Shown here: positions 43,799 through 52,955 of the stretch, in pieces
How the letters are laid out: each line of letters begins with the position of its first letter
How positions within the stretch are numbered: the first letter of the stretch is position 1
Origin: an uncultured Parcubacteria group bacterium
GTDB taxonomy: Bacteria > Patescibacteriota > Minisyncoccia > UBA6257 > 2-01-FULL-56-20
Reading direction: 5' to 3'
Assembly: GCA_903944135.1 (NCBI GenBank)
Contig: CAJAQL010000016.1
Location: forward strand, 1,903 to 65,902
Length of the DNA: 64,000 nucleotides
Translations under genes and position numbers: made by a program
The notes under the pieces: generated by a model
Seen by the model: only the letters and a program-made list of their open reading frames with translations
Databases searched by the model: none
What the model was told of the DNA's origin: nothing

Positions 43799-43857
43799 GT
43801 GATTACTGTATCACCCCAAATACCGATCCCTCCTGCCGCTCCCGAAACGCAACTTCT

Positions 43858-44433
43858 TTATTCTATCCCCAGCTCATCTTCCTCCTTCTTGAGCATGGCG
43901 ACCACCTTTTCGAAGAGCGCCTTGGGATCAGTATCGAAGACGACCTTTCCCATGCCGCGATGCGCATCTTCGAGTATTTTTTTGATATCATCCGTCGTTC
44001 CGCCGGTACCAAGAAGAACACCCTGCGGCTTTCCGTCCTCAAAGGCGTCCGTGAACTCATTGAGCGTTCCGATCCTGCCGCCGACATAGATGACGGCATC
44101 CGCAGAGCGGGTAAAGATAAGGTTGCGTTCGGAATATCCGCCGCCGACATAGATGATAAGATCGTGGTAATCAACGGGAAGATGGTACGTCTCCACGTGC
44201 TCACGCTTGGTCGCGGCAGGAGAAATGCCGATAACGATCCCGCCGGCTTCCTTCGCACCTTTCGCGGCCCAATACGGCGCGCCTGTCGTGGCGCCATCCA
44301 CCATCACCATGCCTGCTTCCGCGATAAGGCGCCCCAATAGTTCGACTTCGGGCATCTCGTTCGCATTCATGAATTCCGTTTCCGCTGCACCCGAGACCGC
44401 GATTTTAAATTTTAAATGATAATCAGGATTCAT
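43858..44433 (-). CDS. LOG/SLOG family nucleotide-binding protein
   Basis: GAKEAGG.VIGISP, RN, GGRIGTLNE motifs. Confidence 0.85.
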   Translation of the reverse strand: MNPDYHLKFKIAVSGAAETEFMNANEMPEVELLGRLIAEAGMVMVDGATTGAPYWAAKGAKEAGGIVIGISPAATKREHVETYHLPVDYHDLIIYVGGGYSERNLIFTRSADAVIYVGGRIGTLNEFTDAFEDGKPQGVLLGTGGTTDDIKKILEDAHRGMGKVVFDTDPKALFEKVVAMLKKEEDELGIE

Positions 44434-44481
44434 AACGATAATGATGTTTATTTTTATTCTGATGTTTGCGATATCCCTCTC

Positions 44482-44598
44482 TGTCATCCCGTTGCAAGCT
44501 TGTCCCGTGCGCCGACGCGGGAACGGGATCCGGAGTTATTGTTCTCTCCTGGGTCCCGGCTTCCCGCCTCCGCGGGGGCAAGCTTCGCCGGGATGACA
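44482..44598. repeat. REP-like palindromic element
   Basis: TGTCATCCCG...CGGGATGACA termini with internal hairpins. Confidence 0.8.
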
Positions 44599-44605
44599 AG
44601 TGTTC

Positions 44606-45952
44606 CTATAGTTCAACCTCCTCTCCCAGCGTCGGCACCTCGGATGCGATCGCGAGGTCATCGCGGATCTTTGCCGCGAGGACTTCGCTGGATGCCTGTT
44701 CGCCCTGCACGACGAAAACTTTCTTCAACGTTCCGCGCGATGTCCTGAGCCACGAAAGAAGATGCGGTTGATCGGCATGCGCCGAAAATCCCGCGATATT
44801 CACCTTCTTGCACCGCACCGGAATGGTCGTACCGAAGATCGAAACCTCCGGCGCGCCCTCGAGTATCCGTCTTCCAAGCGAATCCTCCGCCTGATAGCCA
44901 ACGAACAGGATCGTGCTCCGCGGATCGGGGAGATAACGGATCTCGTGATGGAGGATGCGGCCGCCGTTCGACATGCCGGCACCCGCCATAATGATCTTCG
45001 GCGGCTCGATATCGTTGATGCGTTTCGATTGTTCAGTCGTGAGCGTAAGCTGAAGCTCCGGAAAATTCAAAATATCATCGCCGCCGCGCTCAAGTATCTG
45101 AACGTCCTTATTGAAATAGCTTTCATACTTTTTGTAGACGGCAGTGAGCTTGATCGCCAGAGGACTATCGATGAAAACCGGCACTATAGGGATGCGGCCC
45201 TGCTCGAAAAGCTGATGGAGGAAAAAGAGAAGGTCCTGCGTGCGCTCCATGGCGAATGTCGGGATCATGAGCGTTCCGCCCGCCGCGACCGTATCCTCGA
45301 TTGCGCGCTCCAAGAGATCGCGGCGCTCCGCCACGTCTTCATGCACACGATCGCCATAGGTCGATTCGATCAGGCAATAATCGACCTCCGGCAATGCTTC
45401 CGTCGGCTTGATGATCGGCGCCGGCGAATTGCCGAGATCGCCGGAAAAAGCGATTGTCTTTCCTTCTGCCTTCACGATGATGAACGCCGACCCTAAGATA
45501 TGTCCCGCGTCATACAGTTCGACCGTGAACGGCCCTACGGTGACCGGCGTGTGATACCTGAGCTTCTGCCACTGCGCGAGAACCGCAGTGATATCGTCGT
45601 CATTATAAAGCGGCTCCTTTTTCTCACGCTCGGCCTCAGACAAAAGCAGATGTTCTGAATCATACAGCATAAGATCGGCAAAATCCTTGGTTGCCGGCGT
45701 CGCATAGATCGTTCCCTTGAAACCCGCCTTTACCAAGCTCGGTAAACGGCCGATATGGTCCAAGTGCGAATGCGTGATAAAGACCGCCGCAATGCTCTTG
45801 GGGTCGTAAGCGAAGGGTTCGAAGTTTTCCTTGTCCGCATAATGACCTCCTTGATGCAGGCCGCAATCGATCATAATGCGCACGTCGCCAGACTCAAGAA
45901 TATAGTTCGCGCCCGTCGCCTCGCCCGTACCGCCATGAAAAGTAAGTTTCAT
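44606..45952 (-). CDS. MBL-fold beta-CASP RNA-processing hydrolase
   Basis: THSHLDH, AGHILG, SGD, ESTYG, GYQ, FSAHAD. Confidence 0.92.
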   Translation of the reverse strand: MKLTFHGGTGEATGANYILESGDVRIMIDCGLHQGGHYADKENFEPFAYDPKSIAAVFITHSHLDHIGRLPSLVKAGFKGTIYATPATKDFADLMLYDSEHLLLSEAEREKKEPLYNDDDITAVLAQWQKLRYHTPVTVGPFTVELYDAGHILGSAFIIVKAEGKTIAFSGDLGNSPAPIIKPTEALPEVDYCLIESTYGDRVHEDVAERRDLLERAIEDTVAAGGTLMIPTFAMERTQDLLFFLHQLFEQGRIPIVPVFIDSPLAIKLTAVYKKYESYFNKDVQILERGGDDILNFPELQLTLTTEQSKRINDIEPPKIIMAGAGMSNGGRILHHEIRYLPDPRSTILFVGYQAEDSLGRRILEGAPEVSIFGTTIPVRCKKVNIAGFSAHADQPHLLSWLRTSRGTLKKVFVVQGEQASSEVLAAKIRDDLAIASEVPTLGEEVEL

Positions 45953-46032
45953 AAATTTTTTTCTGCCGGTCCAGCCCATTAAAAGACTCGGAATAAACTT
46001 GGGCAGGAATCCATATTTTTATATTGTTATTC

Positions 46033-46214
46033 TAGAACCTATCTCAAAACTATTCCAGCCCGCGTTGCGGAATATTTCCGCGGAGCGCAAGGCGCAACGA
46101 GGGAAGCGTAGCCGGGCTACACTGACCGAGGAGCAACGCAGCGATCCGCGGAAAGAGCCGAATCCTTCGGGATCAGCCGATCCCGCGAACGGAATAGTTT
46201 TGAGATAGGTTCTA
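46033..46214. mobile_element. MITE-like element, 182 bp
   Basis: Perfect 24-bp terminal inverted repeats TAGAACCTATCTCAAAACTATTCC, TA at both ends, no ORF. Confidence 0.85.
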
Positions 46215-46285
46215 TTCCTCATTTGATTTTGTAGACAAATCACGATAACCTATAATCTGAGTAAATTGAGAAAGGGAGATATCGA

Positions 46286-46516
46286 ATGCCCACTCTGGTA
46301 CTTTCGGATATGTTCCCAACGCGGTGCATGTCGGCACAAAAACGCCGCCACAGCACGTCGCATGCGCCAAACCCAGTGCCACCGGCACTGCGAGTCACGG
46401 CTACCGCAACCCCCGTTAAGATGCAGGCGAAGCAACCGCCCGACAACTCGCAACCCGGCTGGCAGGATCGCAAGGTCGATCGACGACCGGTCAACGGCGG
46501 CGGCTACCGCTGCTAG
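46286..46516 (+). CDS. Putative small disordered protein (76 aa)
   Basis: Upstream TATAAT and GAAAGGGAG SD; downstream hairpin 46528-46559; no recognisable family. Confidence 0.45.
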   Translation: MPTLVLSDMFPTRCMSAQKRRHSTSHAPNPVPPALRVTATATPVKMQAKQPPDNSQPGWQDRKVDRRPVNGGGYRC

Positions 46517-46705
46517 CCAGCACGACAATGGCCCGTTCCTGATTCTAGGAACGGGCCATGAATTTTATCATCGGGGTCAAACCATAAATTTTTAAAACAG
46601 CGAAGTCCGGCTTCGATAAAAAATCGTTCCCATATCGGCGCACGGGATAAACTTTCAACGGAACGACGGATATCGCCTCACTCATATGAATGAGGCGATC
46701 AGAAA

Positions 46706-48019
46706 TCAATCTTTTATTTTTTCCTTCAGCGCATTCTCGAATTCCTGCCGCTCGTTCCACGGAATTCTTTTGCCGGCCGCAAGATGCATCCAATCCTCGC
46801 TTCCCTTGCCGGTACCGATCACCACGTCTCCGTCCTTCATCTCGGCGACGGCCTGCTGGATCGCTTCATGGCGATCCAGAATTTTTACAACGTCCGGTCG
46901 CGGATACGGCAATGTTGCAATGCCAGCCTCGATCTCATCGAGTATCTTCTCCGGATCCTCGTTATAGGGATCCTCGTTCGTTAGAAATATCTTATCGCAA
47001 TAATGTGCCGCGATCTTTCCCATCTCCGGACGCTTCCACGTGTCCCGACCCGTACGCCTGTCACCAGTAGCACCGACCGATCCCAGAATGCAGATGAGGC
47101 GCGGTTCGGCATAGTTCGGCGTCGGCCGTGGCTGTACGGCACGGTAGGCGGCTTCAAGCGAATCCGGCGTATGCGCATAATCAACGATTGCTGTGAGTCC
47201 CCTCGAACGGACGAACTCCATCCTTCCCGGTACACCCTCGAAATTCGTGATCGCATCGGCGATCATCCTGCCCGGAATGCCGATCTCGCGCGCCACGGCA
47301 ACAGCCAATGCGACATTCTCTTCATTAAAATCGCTCATCAGGAATTTCTTCGTCGGCTCGCCCTGCAAAGAACGCATCGGACTTAATTTCGGAAGGTATT
47401 GCCTGATCCATTCGTCGTCCTTGCCGTAGGTCAACGTCCGGTCGCCCGGCAATGCATCCCGGAAAAACTCGAAATATTTATCGTCGCGGTTCAAAAAAAC
47501 CATGCCGCCTTTCCTGAGAACATGACTCAGGAACGAAAGCTTCGCAGCGCGATAATTTTCGAACGAGCCATGCGATTCGATGTGTTCCGGCGCAAGATTC
47601 GTGATCGCGCCAATGTTCCAATTGATGAAACGGTGCCGATGCGCCACAACACCCTGCGACGTAACTTCGACCAAGGCATAATTGCATCCTGCCGCCACGG
47701 CGCGTGCCAGGAATTTCTGGATATAGCCGCGCCCCGGCATTGAATTGCCAAGCGTATTCTTTCCGCTCTCCTCGCCGACCTTCATGCGATACGACCCAAG
47801 AAGCGCCGTTTTTTTTCCCGCTGCTTCAAGAATGGCATTCACAAGCTCGATGGTCGTCGTCTTCCCCTTTGTCCCCGTGATGCCGATGACGAATATTTTT
47901 TCGCTCGGATGGCCGTGTAACTTTGCTCCGAACCATGACCATGAGAAATGGTACGCCGAGAACGCCCCAGGAAGATTATGGAAAAACTGAGCAAATTTTG
48001 AATCTTTTATGTTTGACAT
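46706..48019 (-). CDS. murE: UDP-MurNAc-tripeptide ligase (MurE-like)
   Basis: GITGTKGKTT, EVTS, TNL..EH, PGR, DYAHTPD, GKGSE. Confidence 0.88.
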   Translation of the reverse strand: MSNIKDSKFAQFFHNLPGAFSAYHFSWSWFGAKLHGHPSEKIFVIGITGTKGKTTTIELVNAILEAAGKKTALLGSYRMKVGEESGKNTLGNSMPGRGYIQKFLARAVAAGCNYALVEVTSQGVVAHRHRFINWNIGAITNLAPEHIESHGSFENYRAAKLSFLSHVLRKGGMVFLNRDDKYFEFFRDALPGDRTLTYGKDDEWIRQYLPKLSPMRSLQGEPTKKFLMSDFNEENVALAVAVAREIGIPGRMIADAITNFEGVPGRMEFVRSRGLTAIVDYAHTPDSLEAAYRAVQPRPTPNYAEPRLICILGSVGATGDRRTGRDTWKRPEMGKIAAHYCDKIFLTNEDPYNEDPEKILDEIEAGIATLPYPRPDVVKILDRHEAIQQAVAEMKDGDVVIGTGKGSEDWMHLAAGKRIPWNERQEFENALKEKIKD

Positions 48020-48026
48020 GTTGACG

Positions 48027-48092
48027 TGTCGTCCCCGTGAAAACGGGGACCCAGGCGGAAAATCCTGGATTCCCGCCTTCGCGGGAATGACA
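48027..48092. repeat. REP-like palindromic element
   Basis: TGTCGTCCCCGTGAAAACGGGGACCCAGG...CCTGGATTCCCGCCTTCGCGGGAATGACA. Confidence 0.8.
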
Positions 48093-48105
48093 ATTCTTTA
48101 AATTT

Positions 48106-48687
48106 TTATCTTCTTCCGCTGAGCAGCCGCAACGCTTCCTTCAAGCGTGCCTCCACTCCTTCGATCTCCCTTGGTACTTTCAAAAGCGCTTCTCGGGCCT
48201 CTTCCCGGCGGTATCCCAAATTTGAAAGCGCTTCGACAAGATCGACGTCCGTATCCATTTTTTCAACAACGGCACCGGAATGCAATGATGCAACCTTGCT
48301 TCTCAATTCCACGATGATGCGTTCCGCCGTTTTTCTGCCGATACCCGATGCCTTCGTCAAGAGATCAGGGCGCCCCTCGTGGATCGCCGCCGCAAGCTCT
48401 TCAAGTTCGGCGATATCAATGATGGAAAGCGCTGATTTCGGTCCCACGCCCGAAACGGAGATCAGAAGCTCAAAAAAAGAGCGCTCATTTTCAGAGAGAA
48501 AACCATAAAGCTCCATCGCATCCTCGCGGACATGAAAATGCGTAAAAAGCCGAATATTGCTTCCGACGGCACCGCCGCGACGGATCGTCCGCTCGCTGGC
48601 AAAGATCCTGAATCCGACCCCGCCCGTTTCCACGGCAAAAAAATTATCCCCTTTAAAAATCAGTTTTCCGGAAATGCTATAGAGCAT
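48106..48687 (-). CDS. ruvA: Holliday junction branch migration protein RuvA
   Basis: LYGF, VSGVGPKSA, GIGRKTAERI, AL..LGY. Confidence 0.95.
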   Translation of the reverse strand: MLYSISGKLIFKGDNFFAVETGGVGFRIFASERTIRRGGAVGSNIRLFTHFHVREDAMELYGFLSENERSFFELLISVSGVGPKSALSIIDIAELEELAAAIHEGRPDLLTKASGIGRKTAERIIVELRSKVASLHSGAVVEKMDTDVDLVEALSNLGYRREEAREALLKVPREIEGVEARLKEALRLLSGRR

Positions 48688-48804
48688 AAAGACATTATAA
48701 GGCGTTTTGCTCTGTCGTGCGACCGGCCATGAGATGACAGATATAAAATCGGGCTTCGATGGCAACTGCCGTCGAAGCCCGATACACCTGGATTAAAATG
48801 ACCG

Positions 48805-49398
48805 CTATCCGGCGGTAGCCACTCGGCATCGCCGATCAAACCTGCTGGTTGGGCTCCATATGGGAGCAAATTTCAGATCCCATCGACCCGTGCCGTTGTT
48901 CTTGCAGATATACGGCGTGTTTTCGATGCCATTTTCATCGATCACCGTTAAAGCGGAACCGTCGATCGAAAACTCTCCGAGGAACGACAGGAACACCGGA
49001 TAGTCGTCCTGATGCGCAACTATCCATGCGAGCTGCTGGAAACCCAGAAGACGCCACAAGCCCGACAGAACGAGGCGCCGCTGGTATTCAGGGCCGCCCA
49101 CTGAAAGCTCGCCCTTATCGAGTACCGTCGCAAGCCGGAGCGTGACCGGTCCGCTGGGTGAAAAATCCCGCACGATCTTACTGACATAGGGATAATTGCA
49201 GGGATAGTCCCCGCGGACATCGGCAAGCGTTGGTCTCGGAAGGGCCGGGATCTTGATTGATATCTCATCATTCGTCTCGCAGAGAAAATCCCGTCGTAGC
49301 TGCGAATGACGGCGATGCGTGAACCAAAGATGGATAGTGAAAAAAATTCGCTTCACGAAAGCTGCGATCGCTGTTCTTGATCTGCGCGCCATACTCAT
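48805..49398 (-). CDS. Hypothetical protein
   Basis: 197-aa ORF with GGGGAGGT SD and a hairpin-rich leader; no family recognised. Confidence 0.6.
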   Translation of the reverse strand: MSMARRSRTAIAAFVKRIFFTIHLWFTHRRHSQLRRDFLCETNDEISIKIPALPRPTLADVRGDYPCNYPYVSKIVRDFSPSGPVTLRLATVLDKGELSVGGPEYQRRLVLSGLWRLLGFQQLAWIVAHQDDYPVFLSFLGEFSIDGSALTVIDENGIENTPYICKNNGTGRWDLKFAPIWSPTSRFDRRCRVATAG

Positions 49399-49611
49399 GA
49401 TACCTCCCCGCCGTTTCCACTGTGGGATTTTCGATCACAGATGATCGAAGAGTGGGTTACAGCTTTCAATTCACGAACCCCTCCATAAAACTGAAAGCTG
49501 CAACCCACTTTGCCAAAAATCTGGCCTAACTTTAGCGTAATTTTCGATTATACGTCAAGATGCTTGTCATTTTAAGAAATAGAGATATAATGAAACCCAT
49601 CAACAAAACTT

Positions 49612-49872
49612 ATGCCTATTACTTCATCAGCAAAAAAAGCGCTTCGGCAGTCAAAAACACGCCGTGAGCGGAATATCAAGAAAAAAGAGGCTTATAAAGG
49701 AGCCGTGAAGACATATCGCAAGCTCGTTGCCGAAAAAAAGTGGGACGATGCTTCCGCAAAGCTCTCTTCCGTTTACCAGTCCGTCGACAAAGCCGCGAAA
49801 ACGAAAGTCATCGCAACGAACAAAGCGCGCCGCATCAAATCGCGACTTTCAAAACTTATTCCGAAAAAGTAA
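49612..49872 (+). CDS. rpsT: 30S ribosomal protein S20
   Basis: MPITSSAKKALRQ, DKAAK, NKARRIKSRL. Confidence 0.95.
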   Translation: MPITSSAKKALRQSKTRRERNIKKKEAYKGAVKTYRKLVAEKKWDDASAKLSSVYQSVDKAAKTKVIATNKARRIKSRLSKLIPKK

Positions 49873-49873
49873 C

Positions 49874-49910
49874 AAATAAAAAAACCTCGCTTTGCGAGGT
49901 CTTTTATTTG
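49874..49910 (+). terminator. rpsT terminator
   Basis: ACCTCGC-TTT-GCGAGGT flanked by A and T tracts. Confidence 0.7.
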
Positions 49911-50069
49911 TCATCCTCGCCTCCGCCGGAGCCAGTGCCCATAAAGGCGGGCACAGAGGGTGGACTTCGGCGAGGATCCCGTGCGGTAAGAATGAAAAGT
50001 AGCCCGGGAGCGCAGATCGCTCCGCCGCAGCGGAACGATAATGACAGAGAAATATGCTATAATAACCTC

Positions 50070-50438
50070 ATGCGTGGAATTTTGAAATTCGTCCTCATTG
50101 TCGCGGGAAACGTGCTGGCGCTCTGGCTCGCAAATCTTTACGTGCCAGGTTTTGTCCTGAGCGGAACCTGGTTTCAGATTGCCTTTGTGGCGCTTATTTT
50201 TTCGCTTCTGAACGGTTTTCTCAAACCGATCCTTAAGCTTATTCTCGGTCCCGTCATCATTCTCACTCTCGGTATCGGCCTTCTTGTCGTGAACGCCATC
50301 ATCCTCTATGTTCTTCCGATTCTCGTGAATTACGTTGACTTTTTGCATGGAAGCATTATGATTCAGGACATTCCGGCGCTGGTTTACGCAACTCTCATCG
50401 TAAGCGCCGTGAACTTCATCATTCATCTCACTGCATAA
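50070..50438 (+). CDS. 4-TM 'phage holin family' membrane protein (YvlD-like)
   Basis: N...KPIL..P..ILTLG...VVNA motif. Confidence 0.8.
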   Translation: MRGILKFVLIVAGNVLALWLANLYVPGFVLSGTWFQIAFVALIFSLLNGFLKPILKLILGPVIILTLGIGLLVVNAIILYVLPILVNYVDFLHGSIMIQDIPALVYATLIVSAVNFIIHLTA

Positions 50439-50454
50439 TTTATCACCATTCATC

Positions 50455-50673
50455 ATGATCGCAATTGCACAAATCGTTCTCGCCGTCATCATTATCGGCC
50501 TCATCCTCCTTCAAGAGCGGTCATCCGGAATGTCGGGACTTTTCGGCGGCGGGGGCGATGACAGCTATTATCAGACGCGGCGCGGCATGGAAAAGTTCGT
50601 CTTTATCGCCACTATCGTGGCATCGGTCATTTTCGTGGCGCTTGCCGCATGGCAGTTGCTTGGCGGAAGATAG
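50455..50673 (+). CDS. secG: Preprotein translocase SecG
   Basis: ILLQ..SSG.SG.FGG...RRGMEK between two TMs. Confidence 0.9.
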   Translation: MIAIAQIVLAVIIIGLILLQERSSGMSGLFGGGGDDSYYQTRRGMEKFVFIATIVASVIFVALAAWQLLGGR

Positions 50674-50757
50674 TGATGCAAGATTTAAGAATCATGATTC
50701 AGGAGCAATCGCCTTCTTGACCTCTTGATTCATGGTCTTGAATCATCTCCCATACTT

Positions 50758-52416
50758 ATGTCTTTTTTTAAGAAAATTTTTCTTGCGTTCACAAAACGGG
50801 AACGCGTCATATTTCTCGCAGCTGCCGGCATCGCACTGCTGAGCTTTTGCGTTTTTATTGTCATGCTTATCGCGGAAACAACGACGACCGTCCCGGCCAC
50901 GGGAGGCGAATATACGGAAGGCACCGTCGGACAACCGGAATACGTGAATCCCGTCACGGCATCCTCGGAAAGCGATCTTTCTATCGTAAAGATGGTGTAT
51001 AGCAATGTGCCCGACATCGCCGACGCAGTAACCTCTTCGCCTGATGGAAAAACGTGGACCGTCCGCCTGAAACCGAATCTCCACTGGCAGGACGGCGCAC
51101 AGCTTACGAGCGATGATGTTATTTTCACGGTTCAAAGCATTCAGAATCCTGATGCCCAGTCCCCGCTCGCCGCAAGCTGGAGCGGCATTGAAGTAAATCG
51201 CGCAAGCGAACTCGAGGTGCAATTCACGCTTCCCGCCCCTTATGCCTTTTTCGGCGATAACCTGAAAAATCTTTACATTATCCCGAAGCACGTGTTCGGC
51301 GACGTACCGCCGGGCAATTGGCGGCTCTCCGATTACAATCTGAAACCTGTCGGTAGCGGCCCTTATCAGTTCGCGTCGTACCATAAAAATTCGGATGGGT
51401 TCATCGACACGTATTCGCTCACTGCATGGAAGGGATCTTTTGCAAAACAACCGCTCATCCCGAATTTCACTTTCAATTTTTTCAGAAACGAGAGCGACCT
51501 GATCAAATCGTTCAATAGCGGCACGGTTGATGGATTCGAGCTTGCATCGCCGAGTGATATCGGAGCGATTGCGCGCCCCTATAACCTCTTCAGTTGGCGC
51601 ACAACGGATTATTATGCGATCTTCTTTAATCAAAGCACGAACGAAGCATTGCAGGATCCGGTCGTACGGCGCGCGCTTTCGCTCGCCATCGACCGGAATG
51701 ACCTTATCGCAAACGCCCTCGGAGGCAATGGTATTCCCGACAACGGCCCGATTCCGCCCGATGCAGCATATGCATCTCCCGACATCAACGACATAAACAT
51801 ATCAACAAGTTCCCTGGATCTTGCCGCAGCGACGCTTGATGCGGCGGGCTGGAAACTCGGAACGAACGGCGAGCGCGCGAAAAACGTGACTACTACGGCA
51901 TTCCCCCTTGATATAACGATCACGGTTCCTGATATTGATTTTCTCGTAAAAACGGCGGAAATCATCCAGGATCGCTGGCAAAGCATAGGGATATCGACCA
52001 CGATTGCGACCGACTCGCCCGAAAGCATCATGGATAACGTCGTGAACAATCGCAATTACGAAACCCTGCTTTTTGGAAATATCCTGGAACCGAGCTCCGA
52101 TCTCTATTCTTTCTGGGATTCCTCGGAACGATTCTCTCCGGGGCTGAATCTCTCAACCTATAGCAACCCGAACGTTGACGGCCTGATCGAAGCCGCACGG
52201 ACCACCATGAACGACGCATCCCGAACCGAAGATTTCGCCGAAGCCGAGAACGATATTTTCGTCGACGCGCCGGCCCTTTTCCTCTACTCAACGAACGACC
52301 TCTACGCCGCGGGCAAAAACATCCAAGGCATCGCTACGGGCACCCTCGATGATCCTTCCGATTATTCACGGGAAGTTCCCGATTGGTATCTCGAAACAAC
52401 GAGAGCATTAAAATAA
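50758..52416 (+). CDS. ABC transporter substrate-binding protein (family 5), TM-anchored
   Basis: WQDG..LTSDDVIFT, PVGSGPY, VRRALSLAIDR. Confidence 0.88.
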   Translation: MSFFKKIFLAFTKRERVIFLAAAGIALLSFCVFIVMLIAETTTTVPATGGEYTEGTVGQPEYVNPVTASSESDLSIVKMVYSNVPDIADAVTSSPDGKTWTVRLKPNLHWQDGAQLTSDDVIFTVQSIQNPDAQSPLAASWSGIEVNRASELEVQFTLPAPYAFFGDNLKNLYIIPKHVFGDVPPGNWRLSDYNLKPVGSGPYQFASYHKNSDGFIDTYSLTAWKGSFAKQPLIPNFTFNFFRNESDLIKSFNSGTVDGFELASPSDIGAIARPYNLFSWRTTDYYAIFFNQSTNEALQDPVVRRALSLAIDRNDLIANALGGNGIPDNGPIPPDAAYASPDINDINISTSSLDLAAATLDAAGWKLGTNGERAKNVTTTAFPLDITITVPDIDFLVKTAEIIQDRWQSIGISTTIATDSPESIMDNVVNNRNYETLLFGNILEPSSDLYSFWDSSERFSPGLNLSTYSNPNVDGLIEAARTTMNDASRTEDFAEAENDIFVDAPALFLYSTNDLYAAGKNIQGIATGTLDDPSDYSREVPDWYLETTRALK

Positions 52417-52518
52417 ACCACTCCATCCAAATAGTTGACTCCTCAAACAGCTCTATGCTATACTGAACTTTCGATTGAAATCAACTTTTTACTGCACGCT
52501 TTTTCTTTCTCACGGCCA

Positions 52519-52580
52519 TGTCATTTCGAGCTTTGCGAAGGATCTTATCCGTAAAGATCCTTCCTAGAGCTCAGGATGAT
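52519..52580. repeat. Degenerate REP-like palindrome
   Basis: TGTCATTTCGAGC..GAAGGATCTT...AAGATCCTTC..GCTCAGGATGA. Confidence 0.6.
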
Positions 52581-52585
52581 GGAAT

Positions 52586-52669
52586 GCCGAGGTGGCGGAA
52601 CTGGCAGACGCACTGGCTTCAGGTGCCAGCGGCCGCAAGGCCATAAGGGTTCGAGTCCCTTCCCCGGCA
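52586..52669 (+). tRNA. tRNA-Leu(CAG)
   Basis: CTGGC-TT-CAG-GT-GCCAG; long variable arm GGCC-GCAA-GGCC; TTCGAGT. Confidence 0.94.
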
Positions 52670-52955
52670 CGGATTTTCTGATATTCCGACACAGACCGGA
52701 ATTCGGATTGTTGAAAATTGTTTCATGAAAAGGAAATCAAAAGATTGTCGTATAGCGATAAAAACAATAACGACCGAAAAGGGCGTTCCAAAAAACTAAT
52801 CAATTTTCACGATTGAGCATTCGATCCCTGTCGGATGCCACAGGATGCCTCTCGGTAATTCGAAATAATGCTCACTACATCATCTTTGAGAACGCTTTAA
52901 AAAAATAAAAAAGATCCCCCTATAGGCGGGATGAATAAATTAAAAATAGAAATCT

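Noticed and set aside
49911-50040. GC-rich hairpins downstream of the rpsT terminator as a riboswitch
   Set aside because: No recognised aptamer consensus, and the downstream gene has its own leaderless-type promoter; more likely a decayed repeat.
50070-50438. Prophage lysis gene
   Set aside because: This 4-TM 'holin' family is commonly chromosomal; it sits between rpsT and secG with no endolysin or phage genes nearby.
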